Shown here: in pieces, positions 18,801 to 27,802 of the stretch
Position numbering within the stretch: position 1 is the first letter of the stretch
Layout: every line of letters starts with the position of its first letter
Source: a virus
Taxonomy: Duplodnaviria; Heunggongvirae; Uroviricota; Caudoviricetes
Direction: 5' to 3' (one strand)
Virus record (IMG/VR): IMGVR_UViG_3300029305_004082
Length of the DNA stretch: 43,780 bases
Notes under the pieces: model-generated
What the model was told of the DNA's origin: nothing
Seen by the model: only the letters and a program-made list of their open reading frames with translations
The model's database searches: none
Made by a program: the position numbers and the translations under genes

Positions 18801-21351
18801 AACCAGAAAACCGCCTATCGCACCAGTAGCTTCAAGAACTTTCGCCGAAAGAATCTCGAATGACAAGCCGAGAGCCGAGGTCGAACCTGCGGCTACCGCC
18901 TCATTTGCAATTGTCTTAACTAAATGAGACTGAAGGGTGGGGAATTTTATAAGAAGTTTGCCTAAAGTTTCTTCTCCATTGAGAAGAGCCTTAGAAAACT
19001 TAAATACGGCAGAAGCTGCTTTAACGCCTTTTATTGCGCCAATCAAGCCTAACAACGTAGGCAATACACCAACAAGGTCTATAACACCAGTGGTTATATT
19101 AACTACGCCCGTACCAATATCAAGTATGTTTTTTACAAGACCACTATCAACAAAAGAATCTGCAAGGTCGTATACGGCAGATTTAAATGCGGCGCTCTTT
19201 GCACCAATGGAGTCCAAGTACGCACCGTATTTTTCAACAGCAGTTCCTGCGGAGTCGGCAGAAACACCTGCCAGTTCCATTGCTTTGTCATAGTTCTCCA
19301 TGAGAACCATCCTATATGTTCGGTATAAGTCGCTACGTTATACCCGCTTTCGCCGCTTTATGTCTCCATAAAGAGCAGACCATATCATCATCCACAGGGG
19401 ATGCCCACCACTTCCACACGCTTGTGTGTACGTCTTACGACTGGTCGTTGAACCTTCTCCTAAGCGGAGCTTGGCTGCTGATTGCCCAATCCACATCTGT
19501 TTTCTAACCATCACGCCTGTCGTTTCCAACTACGTTGTGGTCGATGTGGCTCTAAGGGGTTTCCAGCAATTCAATGGGTTTGCTATACATGTTGCCACGT
19601 ATAGGTTCTGATTTCAAAACCGTTCTTGTTGACGAGTTCCTGAGAACGCAACGGCTATTGCTCTCTGTTGAACAGAGCTATAATTATGCCATTCTCTTGC
19701 AACATCATCGAGCACGTCTTTAAAGTTGCGGAACTCGTCTTGTGAATCTCGCAATGCAATACCGGCACCTTTAAGCACGGTTTCAACATCACTAAGAGAT
19801 TCTGCGGATTCGGGGTCGTATAAATTACCCGCCTTTATATTACCCATACGGGCAACAAGGGTCTTAAAGAAGTTACCAACGGATTCCGCTGACTGTTGCG
19901 TTACTTCACCAACTGTTGCAATATAGCCAGTCAAGGTATCGAAGTCGATGCCCATCTTGTTTGCGCCAACAGCAGTCTGAGCCATAGCTGTTGCCAGATA
20001 TCCAGCGGAAACAGCGGCGCTCATATCGGTTGCCGCAAACTTATCTACAACACTTTCGACCTCATTAACTTCAAGCTTGTACGCCTTCATTGCTGAGGTA
20101 AGAGCGTCGGTAGCCTCGGAGGCTTCCATCTGGCCCAACTTAGCCAACATGGTGCTGTTGCGAATTAGTGTGTTTGCTTCTGCGGCAGAGTAACCCTGCC
20201 TACTGTAGTGTTACTTATAGGCTCGCTACGCCTACAAGAATGTTTCTCACGGTTTCCCGCAAGCACAGACCATATCTTCACCCTCGGCATCATCCGTTAG
20301 GGGTTCTCCATTTCCGACGCCAAACGCTTGCGCCGTACACCTTTCGGTTGGTCGTTGAACCTTCCTCTGTTCAAGGCTTGGCTGCTGATTGCCCAATCCT
20401 TATAATTCTTAAACCTTCACGCTTGCGCTTATTTCATCGCTACGTTGTGGTTATAAGGCTCTAAGGGGTTTCCAGCAATTAAGAGAATTGTAACCGTATA
20501 TTTCTATACGGCAGACCTATTTTATTAAGCCATCCATCAGAAGCTTTTGCTACTTCAACACTGGTTGCACCAATTTCCTTGGCTAATTCGTGATAACTTT
20601 CCATCATCCGCCCAACTTCATCGGCGGATTTACCGCTTGCTATCTGCAAGTCAACCATTACCGAATCAAGTTCGGTTACATACCGCACCGCTGTGCGAAG
20701 TGCCCTGAGAGCTAAGATTATCGCACCAATCGAGTCATATACTCCAATCATGCGCTTCGCCGCAGTTGCAAACTTATGCCCAAATGTATCAGCCTCTATG
20801 CCGACACGCTTTGTTTCAAGCTTCAGCCTGTTAAACTGTGCATTGGCTTCGGCTACTGTAATATTTCCGTCTTTTAACTCTTTATTTAATACACGTATTG
20901 TATATGCTGCATCGCTATAATTTTTAACGTCTTTATGGCTTAATAGCCAACTGTCGGTTCTGGTTTTAAAATTCGATGCGGCAAGAGTGTCCGCCGATTT
21001 TGTTTTTGCTTCCTGCGCCGCCGCCTTTAATGCGGCACGTTGAGCTTCGGCTAAAATTTTCTGCTTTCTTGCCTCTTCGGTTTCCTGCTTCTTTATACCG
21101 AGAAGCCGCTCGTTTTCTACTTTTTGGGCTTGGAGCGCCGTCAGCTTTTTCTGCTCACCAAGGAGAACCATTTTGTTGATGCTCTCCATGTCGGCGGCAG
21201 ACATATTTAGTTTAACTTGGAAAGCTCCAGTCTCGTTTATCCTTTTTGATATGGCGGCTAATTGCTGAGATATAGCCGCATACGATTTTTCCACGTCAAG
21301 TTGCGCTACAACATTAACAGCGCTACTGGTTATATTTACATCAGACGCCAC
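15885..21351 (-). CDS. Tape measure protein in three exons (21351-20528, 20202-19617, 19310-15885), 1611 aa after splicing
   Basis: Exons of 824+586+3426 = 4836 nt give 1612 codons. Junctions read SDGWL-RQGYSAAE and GTRQQERF-MVLMENY, both plausible TP901-type TMP core sequence. Long coiled coil; peptidoglycan-binding-like repeats near the C-terminus; GTG start with RBS AAGGACGGTG. Confidence 0.9.
19311..19616 (-). ncRNA. Group I intron, ORF-less (TMP intron 2, 306 nt)
   Basis: P AAUUGCUGGAAA, Q GCAAUCAGCAGCC, R GUUCAACGACCA, S AUGAUAUGGUC. P7 GACCA/UGGUC, P3 CCCAU/GUGGG, P8 CAUCC/GGAUG. P1 exon GGUUU pairs with GAACC, giving U.G at the splice site. Terminal G. Confidence 0.9.
20203..20527 (-). 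ncRNA. Group I intron, ORF-less (TMP intron 1, 325 nt)
   Basis: P AAUUGCUGGAAA, Q GCAAUCAGCAGCC, R GUUCAACGACCA, S AAGAUAUGGUC. P7 GACCA/UGGUC, P3 UUCUCU/GGAGAA. 5' exon ends in U and the intron ends in G; removal restores the frame. Confidence 0.9.
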
Positions 21352-21377
21352 ATAAACACCGTCCTTTCCGTAAAAAT

Positions 21378-21405
21378 AAAAAAGAGACGGTGTAAAATCG
21401 TCTCT
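21378..21405 (-). terminator. Intrinsic terminator just upstream of tape measure gene
   Basis: AGAGACG-AUUUUACAC-CGUCUCU followed by UUUUU. Confidence 0.55.
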
Positions 21406-21408
21406 CTA

Positions 21409-21945
21409 CTAATATGCATCTTGCGGAGTGTATTCCGCCTCAGCTGCACCACTATACTTCTCATTAAAACGTTCTACGGCCTCTTCCATAAATCTCAACG
21501 GACCTCGGAACGAAATAGAACGAGCGCCATTATAATTATGTTTTTTCCAATAGCCGTAAACATATTGGTCATTTGTGTTAAAACCCACGTTAAGCAGACG
21601 GGGAAGGATGACGCTTCCATAAGTTTCTTCGTCCAACGAAGGACTTAAATTCAACCCATTATCAAACGTAAGAGATACATTAACGCTGTTCGTTCCATCC
21701 GTATTAATCTCTTCTACTTCAAGAAATCCGTAATCGTCTCCCAGTTTTGTACCCCATGCCATGACATGTTCATTCATGCATTCCTGCAAAATCTCTTGGA
21801 ACGCATTGGCATAATCCGTAGCGTCTTCAAGCAATACGGCCTTGGGAACTTTTATCTCGCCTGCGCTAACCTTCTTTTGAACAGCCTGATGAAACTCCTT
21901 TGATTGAGCAAGCTTTTTCAGTTGCTCCATCAATAAATCAGCCAT
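21409..21945 (-). CDS. Hypothetical protein, possibly a tail component
   Basis: Compact 178-aa ORF in the operon, abutting the upstream gene; no diagnostic motif. Confidence 0.5.
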   Translation of the reverse strand: MADLLMEQLKKLAQSKEFHQAVQKKVSAGEIKVPKAVLLEDATDYANAFQEILQECMNEHVMAWGTKLGDDYGFLEVEEINTDGTNSVNVSLTFDNGLNLSPSLDEETYGSVILPRLLNVGFNTNDQYVYGYWKKHNYNGARSISFRGPLRFMEEAVERFNEKYSGAAEAEYTPQDAY

Positions 21946-22383
21946 TTATAAAACACCCTTTTCTGTAAGGTAATATATAATGGCACCAATGGCGAGAACG
22001 ATACCTACAGCATTCTTTTTAATAATATCCAGAATGGAAATGCTATCCTTTTTCTCAAAAGCGCTTATCTTCTCGCGTACGGCACCAACGTTTGCTTCTA
22101 AATCATCCATCTTGGTGGTGAAGGACTCCATCTTAGCATTGGTTCCGGCCATTTCTTCACGCATGTCTACCATTGTTTTTGCAACGGATTTCATTGTGTC
22201 CGATAATTCCTTATTGGAACTAATAAGCTGTTTGGTTATCATATTATAATGCTCGTCCCGAACGCTATCTTCCTTGTCGAGCTTGTTTATTTTGTCGCGC
22301 ACTTCTTCAACTGCTTCGTGCAGCTCGTTTAGCCGCCTCTCATGTTCTTCGTGTTTGGGGCATCCGTATGAATTATCGGCCAT
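21946..22383 (-). CDS. Coiled-coil protein with C-terminal transmembrane helix (XhlA/holin-like layout)
   Basis: Heptad-rich body then AVGIVLAIGAIIYYL; RBS GGAGG. Confidence 0.5.
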   Translation of the reverse strand: MADNSYGCPKHEEHERRLNELHEAVEEVRDKINKLDKEDSVRDEHYNMITKQLISSNKELSDTMKSVAKTMVDMREEMAGTNAKMESFTTKMDDLEANVGAVREKISAFEKKDSISILDIIKKNAVGIVLAIGAIIYYLTEKGVL

Positions 22384-22400
22384 GACCTATATTTCCTCCG

Positions 22401-23828
22401 TTAAATTAAAATCTCCGTACTGCGATTAACGCATATAACTTTACTTGTTTTATTTTTCTTATATATTTCATTTTGCAATTCCTTGGCAAATATAGCCTTA
22501 GCTTCAAACTCGCCATGCACAAGCGCTATCTTATCAGCCTGCACATCGCTGTAATACTTCATAAGGTTCTCCCTGTTCATATGTCCAGAGAATGAATGTA
22601 AGTCGCTTATACCACACCTGTTTTTTATCTTTTTGCCGTCAATCGTTATAGTCTTTTGTGTGCGACCATTCTTTATTTTGCTTGCCAATGACTGTTCCAC
22701 AGAGAAGCCGCAGAACAATATATGAGACTTTTCATCGGGTAACAGTAACGCCGCCCACCTGCGGGAACGACCAGCTTGCATCATGCCGGATGCCGCCAGT
22801 ATTACGGCAGGCTTATCGGACTCCTGCCATTTTTTTGAATCGGCGTAATCTTCAACCCATACCAAATTAGGCCAAGACAGCATTTCTTCATAATATTCGA
22901 GCTCATCACCTGTTAACTGAGTCCGCATATAGTTAAACATCTGGATAGTCAACGGGGAGTCTATGAGAACCGGCAAGGTGAAAGAGGAATCCTTGCCAAA
23001 CAGGTCATAAAGAATTGACAGAAGATTCTGAGACCTGTCTAAGCTGAATATTGGAATAAGAACCCGACCACCATTTTTAATACAGCATTCATCAATAACC
23101 GTCTTTATTTTCTCGACATCCTTGTGGCGGTCTTTGATAGTGATGGGGCGCAATTCTCGGGCATAAGTGCTTTCGCCGATAAGAAGGTTGCACTTTTCCA
23201 TGGGCTTAAAAGTGTTGGCAAACCTCTTAGGAATGCCGGAACCCAAGTCTGAAGTATAGCCAATTTTAACCGTGTTTGCACCGTGGCTAAGCCATAGCTC
23301 AATTTGCGCTGCATTAATGATGTGCCCAGAAGGAGTGAATCGGAAGTTGAGCCAATCGCACAAAGTATAGATTTCGCCAAACTCATATTCACAAAAGTGA
23401 GCCGCCGCATTTATTACATCTGCCTCGGTATAAAACGGCACGAAGGTTTTGCCATTCATCTTAGACAACATCTCAGCATCTTTGGAAATAATAAAGGAAG
23501 AATCCTTCGCCATTATTCGGAATAAGTCGGCAGTGCCGCAGGGCGCAACAATAGTCGCATTGCACCCCATAGCGTACAGTCTCGGAATCAAGAGCATGTG
23601 GTCGGCATGACCATGCCCTATAAAAATGTAAGAAATTTCACTCGGTTTAAACGGCAGTTTTCTGGTGTTGGCCTTCCAATCTTGCAACACAGAGGCACCT
23701 TGTACCAAACCTGCCTCAATCAATATTTTATGGTCGTCTACTTCGATAAGGGTCATAGAGCCAGTTACTTGAAATGCCGAATAACCAGGGAAAGACACAC
23801 GTATCTTCTTAGTCTTTGACATAGGCAA
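22401..23828 (-). CDS. Metallo-beta-lactamase fold, beta-CASP family nuclease
   Basis: HGHADH, SGHII, TSDLG, GESTY, IPIFSLDRSQ, SGMMQAGRS, FSGH and LVHGE motifs all present in order. Confidence 0.9.
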   Translation of the reverse strand: MPMSKTKKIRVSFPGYSAFQVTGSMTLIEVDDHKILIEAGLVQGASVLQDWKANTRKLPFKPSEISYIFIGHGHADHMLLIPRLYAMGCNATIVAPCGTADLFRIMAKDSSFIISKDAEMLSKMNGKTFVPFYTEADVINAAAHFCEYEFGEIYTLCDWLNFRFTPSGHIINAAQIELWLSHGANTVKIGYTSDLGSGIPKRFANTFKPMEKCNLLIGESTYARELRPITIKDRHKDVEKIKTVIDECCIKNGGRVLIPIFSLDRSQNLLSILYDLFGKDSSFTLPVLIDSPLTIQMFNYMRTQLTGDELEYYEEMLSWPNLVWVEDYADSKKWQESDKPAVILAASGMMQAGRSRRWAALLLPDEKSHILFCGFSVEQSLASKIKNGRTQKTITIDGKKIKNRCGISDLHSFSGHMNRENLMKYYSDVQADKIALVHGEFEAKAIFAKELQNEIYKKNKTSKVICVNRSTEILI

Positions 23829-24428
23829 CTACTCAATTATTTCATCGACAAGACCGAGTTCAAGCATTTGCTCGGCACACATATACCACTCACAACGCTC
23901 CATTTTTTCATACTCTTCCTCGGTAATCTTGGAGTGGGAAAGAACATACTTACGAATCTTTTCATTCATTTCATCATTGAACTTCATGGTGTCTTTTACA
24001 GCATTTGCACTACCTTCAAGACCAACATTACCTGCGTGAAGCAGAGCGGCGGAGAAGGGGTAGCACACCTTCTTTACATTAGGATTGCTATATCCTGCGC
24101 AAAGAAAAAGACCGCCCATTGAGAAAGCATAACCCATTACTCGGATGGTCGTAGGGGTTTTAAGATTGTCTATAATATTGCAAAGAATGAGTGAGTCAAA
24201 GGTCGAACCACCGGGGGTAGCCAGAATAATTTCGATAGGGTCTCCTGACCCATCAGAATCCATATCCATCAGAGGTATAATAACCCTTTCAACGATACCT
24301 GCATCAACGGTGTCATTGAATAAGATGCGGCGCTTTTGTAAACCCGCATAATACTGATAGGCTTCGGGGGATATCTCCATAGGGTTGGAAATCAGGGCAT
24401 CGAGACATATTTCGTTATTCCTAAACAC
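23829..24428 (-). CDS. clpP: ClpP-like serine protease
   Basis: ATPGGS, AFSMGG (Ser), LLHAG (His), WYMCAEQMLELGLVDEII. Confidence 0.85.
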   Translation of the reverse strand: MFRNNEICLDALISNPMEISPEAYQYYAGLQKRRILFNDTVDAGIVERVIIPLMDMDSDGSGDPIEIILATPGGSTFDSLILCNIIDNLKTPTTIRVMGYAFSMGGLFLCAGYSNPNVKKVCYPFSAALLHAGNVGLEGSANAVKDTMKFNDEMNEKIRKYVLSHSKITEEEYEKMERCEWYMCAEQMLELGLVDEIIE

Positions 24429-24450
24429 TATATAAAATCCTCAATTCTCT

Positions 24451-24996
24451 TTATTTTTTAAGATACTTTACAAGCTCGCTTACTACATCTTTTTCTTCAA
24501 CCTTGCTCAGCTTTTCAGCTACTTCCACTATATCCTTGTCGTCGGCAAGGTTGCTAAACTTCCTGCCCAACTCGTCAATCCAATAAGTGAGAGTTGCGGA
24601 CAGATTATCGGAATAAGTAGACATGGCGAGGGTCTGTTCTATCTGGCGCATAGCGGCAGAGCAAAGAGCCTCGTACTGAGCAATATTAACTTCACCCAGA
24701 ATATTAGCAATTACATCGCTGCCGTAAATAGCGTTATTGAACTTCTCGCTCAGCTCGGGGTCGTTAAGTTCTAAATCTCCAACGTTGGTGTAATATATAA
24801 TGGTCGCATATTTTACTGCAAAATCAAAAAAGGCGGCCACATAGCCGTTGTCGGTGAACACCTGATTGAGAACACAATTGCAGAAACCCGCCTGCTCAGA
24901 CAGGCTGAGGTAGCTCTTAATCTTAACGTCAAAATCTTCGCCAATGATGTTGTTTTCGTAAAGACCTTTGAAAAATGCTTTATTATTTCTGGACAT
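24451..24996 (-). CDS. Hypothetical protein (possible tail assembly chaperone)
   Basis: 181-aa helical ORF with RBS GAGG; function inferred from position only. Confidence 0.45.
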   Translation of the reverse strand: MSRNNKAFFKGLYENNIIGEDFDVKIKSYLSLSEQAGFCNCVLNQVFTDNGYVAAFFDFAVKYATIIYYTNVGDLELNDPELSEKFNNAIYGSDVIANILGEVNIAQYEALCSAAMRQIEQTLAMSTYSDNLSATLTYWIDELGRKFSNLADDKDIVEVAEKLSKVEEKDVVSELVKYLKK

Positions 24997-24998
24997 TT

Positions 24999-25490
24999 TT
25001 ATTTCCTCTCGATAATTATTTGTTTTGTTGCTATCATATCAACGAGCCATTGCCCTATGAGAGCCGCTTCTGATTCATCCTCGGATGCGTCTATGTTGTA
25101 TTTAGCAGAAGCAGTTTCAATAGCGCTCTTTTTTAATACTTCTCTTTTATTGGTTGGGTTGATGCCTACATTAACACGCCACTTTGATGGTTCTACTATA
25201 AAGAATGGAATGTGAAGAGTGTACAATATAGCAAACACAACACCCTGCATATTTCCAAGAACAGCGTATGCGTGTTGATTTTTCTGGAACTGTATATTCT
25301 CTATAACAACAGCATCAGGCTTTTCTTTCTTCAAAAACGCAGACAATGATTCGTGCATCTGTTCCATTCTTACATAGGGGTCTTTCTCTTTTTCATCCGC
25401 CACAAACATCCCATATCGCTTAAGTTTACCGTTTACAAATACGCTGTATGCACTGCGTCTGGTGGACTGGTCTAATCCAATTATTTTCAT
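24999..25490 (-). CDS. RuvC-like Holliday junction resolvase
   Basis: IIGLDQS, VVIENI, PSKWR..VG, K and DESEA acidic motifs of the RuvC/RNase H fold. Confidence 0.8.
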   Translation of the reverse strand: MKIIGLDQSTRRSAYSVFVNGKLKRYGMFVADEKEKDPYVRMEQMHESLSAFLKKEKPDAVVIENIQFQKNQHAYAVLGNMQGVVFAILYTLHIPFFIVEPSKWRVNVGINPTNKREVLKKSAIETASAKYNIDASEDESEAALIGQWLVDMIATKQIIIERK

Positions 25491-25501
25491 CGCTGGACAA
25501 C

Positions 25502-25714
25502 CTACCTCAGCTCGTAATTAGCCCACAGCCTGCGCATTTCTTCGGTTTCCTCTTTATCGAAAACGATAGCGAGGTCATCAGTATTTCTGGCAACAACAAC
25601 ATCAAGGATGGTTGCGCCGTTTTTAATAAACCTTGCGGCCTGCCTCGGATTCTTAACCCATATAGATTCGGTATCCCTGTAGGTTTTTCCCGTAACTTCC
25701 GATACGTACTTCAT
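25502..25714 (-). CDS. Small phage protein (DUF5659-like)
   Basis: WVKNPRQAARFIKNG..ILD..IVFDK..W pattern; RBS AAGGAG. Confidence 0.5.
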   Translation of the reverse strand: MKYVSEVTGKTYRDTESIWVKNPRQAARFIKNGATILDVVVARNTDDLAIVFDKEETEEMRRLWANYELR

Positions 25715-25732
25715 AAATCTCCTTTAAAATAC

Positions 25733-25768
25733 AAAAAAATAGGGAGCTTCGTTAATCGTGAAGCTCCC
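25733..25768 (-). terminator. Intrinsic terminator overlapping the end of 25752-26123
   Basis: GGGAGCUUC-ACGAUUAAC-GAAGCUCCC followed by UAUUUUUUU. Confidence 0.65.
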
Positions 25769-26123
25769 CGTTAATTTCGATTTCGACGTCATTAACGACT
25801 GCCTCAATCTCGGATTCCTTCACATTTGCTACCTTGCGACGTTTTTCTGCCTTCGGTTCTTCATACTGTATTTCTTTAATGAGGTTCTGAACCTCGGGCT
25901 TAAAAGTAGCCACATCTTCGGCCTTGATGCCGATATTTTCCAGATAGCCCTTCGCCTCAGCTTTGGAAATCTCCTTGCGGGTATACTGAATAAGGGTCAT
26001 ATATACCTGATAGTGCTGAGGAGTGTCGCACATACTCTTCCATGTGCCACGGTCGCCACAGGACAGACATACATAGTAATGTGCATTACAAATGGGGCAA
26101 TAACGATTAGGCTTTTTGGACAT
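25752..26123 (-). CDS. Cys-rich, probably zinc-binding hypothetical protein
   Basis: CPIC...YYVCLSC...CDTPQH; RBS AAGGAGG. Confidence 0.6.
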   Translation of the reverse strand: MSKKPNRYCPICNAHYYVCLSCGDRGTWKSMCDTPQHYQVYMTLIQYTRKEISKAEAKGYLENIGIKAEDVATFKPEVQNLIKEIQYEEPKAEKRRKVANVKESEIEAVVNDVEIEINGELHD

Positions 26124-26136
26124 ATAGCCTCCTTAT

Positions 26137-26168
26137 AAAAATCGGGGCTACCTTATTCGGGTAGCCCC
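26137..26168 (-). terminator. Intrinsic terminator after major tail gene
   Basis: GGGGCUACC-CGAAUAA-GGUAGCCCC followed by GAUUUUU. Confidence 0.6.
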
Positions 26169-26177
26169 AACGAGATA

Positions 26178-26993
26178 TTAGGCATTTTCAGCCGCAATCT
26201 TTTCTACATCTTCCTCGTCGAATACGATGAAGTCCCACAGCTTTGCGCTGGAGCAGGACTGCATGGATTCGAACTCAACATTCTGAGCGGCGAAGTCGCT
26301 GCCAGTGGTGATGTTGAAGTTGCCGGAAACCTTTGCGTTGTCCATAATAAGACGAGCGGGATAGCTCTTGGAGGAGCAGGGGTCCTGAACCCAAGCGCTT
26401 GCCTGCATACGACCACGAGAAGAGAACTTGTTGGTCATATTGGTAAGCTTCTTAGCTTCGTTAATCTTGATGTCGTACTCAGCAACAACCTTGTCGCCAG
26501 CCTTAAACTGGTTGGTAGGAAGGGTGATTACGCCATCGGCATAAGAGAAGTTGGCCTCGGAAGCAGCGGCACCCTGAGTATACCTCTTGCTTGCCACACC
26601 GTCAGAACCACAGGCATAGATGTACTTAACTTCGTTGCCTGCCTCGCCCTGGGGCTTATAGGTCAGCTTTACAGTATTGTCAGCAGCGGCCTCGAGGTCA
26701 TCCAGATAGTTCTCCATTACAACGGGGCCATTTACCCACTCGGAACCAGTCTGAGCCGCGATAACACCATCAACGATAGCACCGTTATTAACAGTCAGAC
26801 GGGAATACTTATTCCTGTCGGCAGAGCCGATACGGGCACCGTTCAGGCCGAGAGCGTAGTAAGTCTCCTGCTCGTTAGTCCAAGTAACATCCTGCAGGTC
26901 GGTCATGCGGAAGGTGAGAGAATCGTCCGCATTATCAAAATACATAATGTCATCGAAAGTCTGAACGAGCCAGCGCTTTGCATTAACACTCAT
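26178..26993 (-). CDS. Major tail (tube) protein
   Basis: 271 aa, strongly biased codons, position after head-tail genes, terminator downstream, Gly/beta-rich sequence. Confidence 0.7.
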   Translation of the reverse strand: MSVNAKRWLVQTFDDIMYFDNADDSLTFRMTDLQDVTWTNEQETYYALGLNGARIGSADRNKYSRLTVNNGAIVDGVIAAQTGSEWVNGPVVMENYLDDLEAAADNTVKLTYKPQGEAGNEVKYIYACGSDGVASKRYTQGAAASEANFSYADGVITLPTNQFKAGDKVVAEYDIKINEAKKLTNMTNKFSSRGRMQASAWVQDPCSSKSYPARLIMDNAKVSGNFNITTGSDFAAQNVEFESMQSCSSAKLWDFIVFDEEDVEKIAAENA

Positions 26994-27016
26994 TTGAATT
27001 ACACTCCTTTATAAAA

Positions 27017-27802
27017 TTATTTGGACGGGATTTCGACCATCTTGCTATCATCGACGGTTTGTTTGTTGATGTTGATGCGAGATGTCCAGTCAAGCACGTC
27101 CTTATTCAGTTTTTTAGAATCAATACAACCGGAATAAATTCCAGTCATAATGTTTTGAGCGTCTTGAATTTTGTTGATACGGTAAAAAGCATCGAAGAAC
27201 TGACTTATGTGCAAATCCATTACGGATGTGTAGTCATATTTAAAACCACTCGTATTAACCAATGCTGAGACAATACTGCTGTATGGGTCTGCAGGTTCCT
27301 TCGGTTTACGAGCGGCTCTTTTCATCTTGTCTCTCTGTTGTCTTATCCAAACCTGTACCGCATAGGTACTGCCGGGGTTGATAAAAATCTTATCCGACAC
27401 AAAATTAATAGACCTTATTGCTTGGACAATCTTCGTGTACAGAAGCTTGTCTATCACAACTTGGTCCGAATACAGGTAATATTCGTTTGTGTTCGGGTTA
27501 ACACCCACCGTCATATTAGATATGTCCAACCCAGAGAAGATGAGGGAGTCAGGATTAATCAGATGCTTGCATAGCGTATAAAATAACTCAAAATCCTCAA
27601 CATATCTGTAATCACGCTTCATATCGTCTAAAAAGACGGCGGCATCATAGGGACGCAATGTTGCGTAATAAACATCTTCGAGATACTTCTCTTCGCCGTA
27701 ATCACGTATTTCACCCAACGTGGGATTATGAATGACGATATGCTCATTGATAGGATAATCTTGTCCGCCAACTATGTGCTTAAAGTTGTCTACCATCAGC
27801 AA
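27017..27802 (-). CDS. Hypothetical tail-assembly protein
   Basis: 261-aa ORF overlapping the upstream gene; function inferred from position only. Confidence 0.45.
   Translation of the reverse strand: MLMVDNFKHIVGGQDYPINEHIVIHNPTLGEIRDYGEEKYLEDVYYATLRPYDAAVFLDDMKRDYRYVEDFELFYTLCKHLINPDSLIFSGLDISNMTVGVNPNTNEYYLYSDQVVIDKLLYTKIVQAIRSINFVSDKIFINPGSTYAVQVWIRQQRDKMKRAARKPKEPADPYSSIVSALVNTSGFKYDYTSVMDLHISQFFDAFYRINKIQDAQNIMTGIYSGCIDSKKLNKDVLDWTSRININKQTVDDSKMVEIPSK

Noticed and set aside
19614-19616. Stop-codon reassignment (TGA read-through)
   Set aside because: The TGA is the first triplet of an intron. Other genes, such as the endolysin, end normally at TGA or TAG, consistent with code 11.
19316-20464. 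Short ORFs 19316-19507, 19338-19529, 19426-19611 and 20168-20464
   Set aside because: They lie over ribozyme cores, have no RBS or nuclease motifs, and are too short for homing endonucleases.
15885-21351. Tape measure gene as a pseudogene, three separate genes or a programmed frameshift
   Set aside because: The gaps fold as complete group I introns and their removal restores the frame exactly.
24429-24460. Slippery AAAAAA at the end of the 181-aa gene as a tail-chaperone frameshift
   Set aside because: Not a proper X XXY YYZ heptamer in frame, and the -1 frame stops within about 10 codons.
15855-25760. Shared 11-mer CACGATTAACG in two hairpins (near 15855 and 25750)
   Set aside because: Opposite orientations, and one copy is the His-Asp-stop end of a gene; likely chance.
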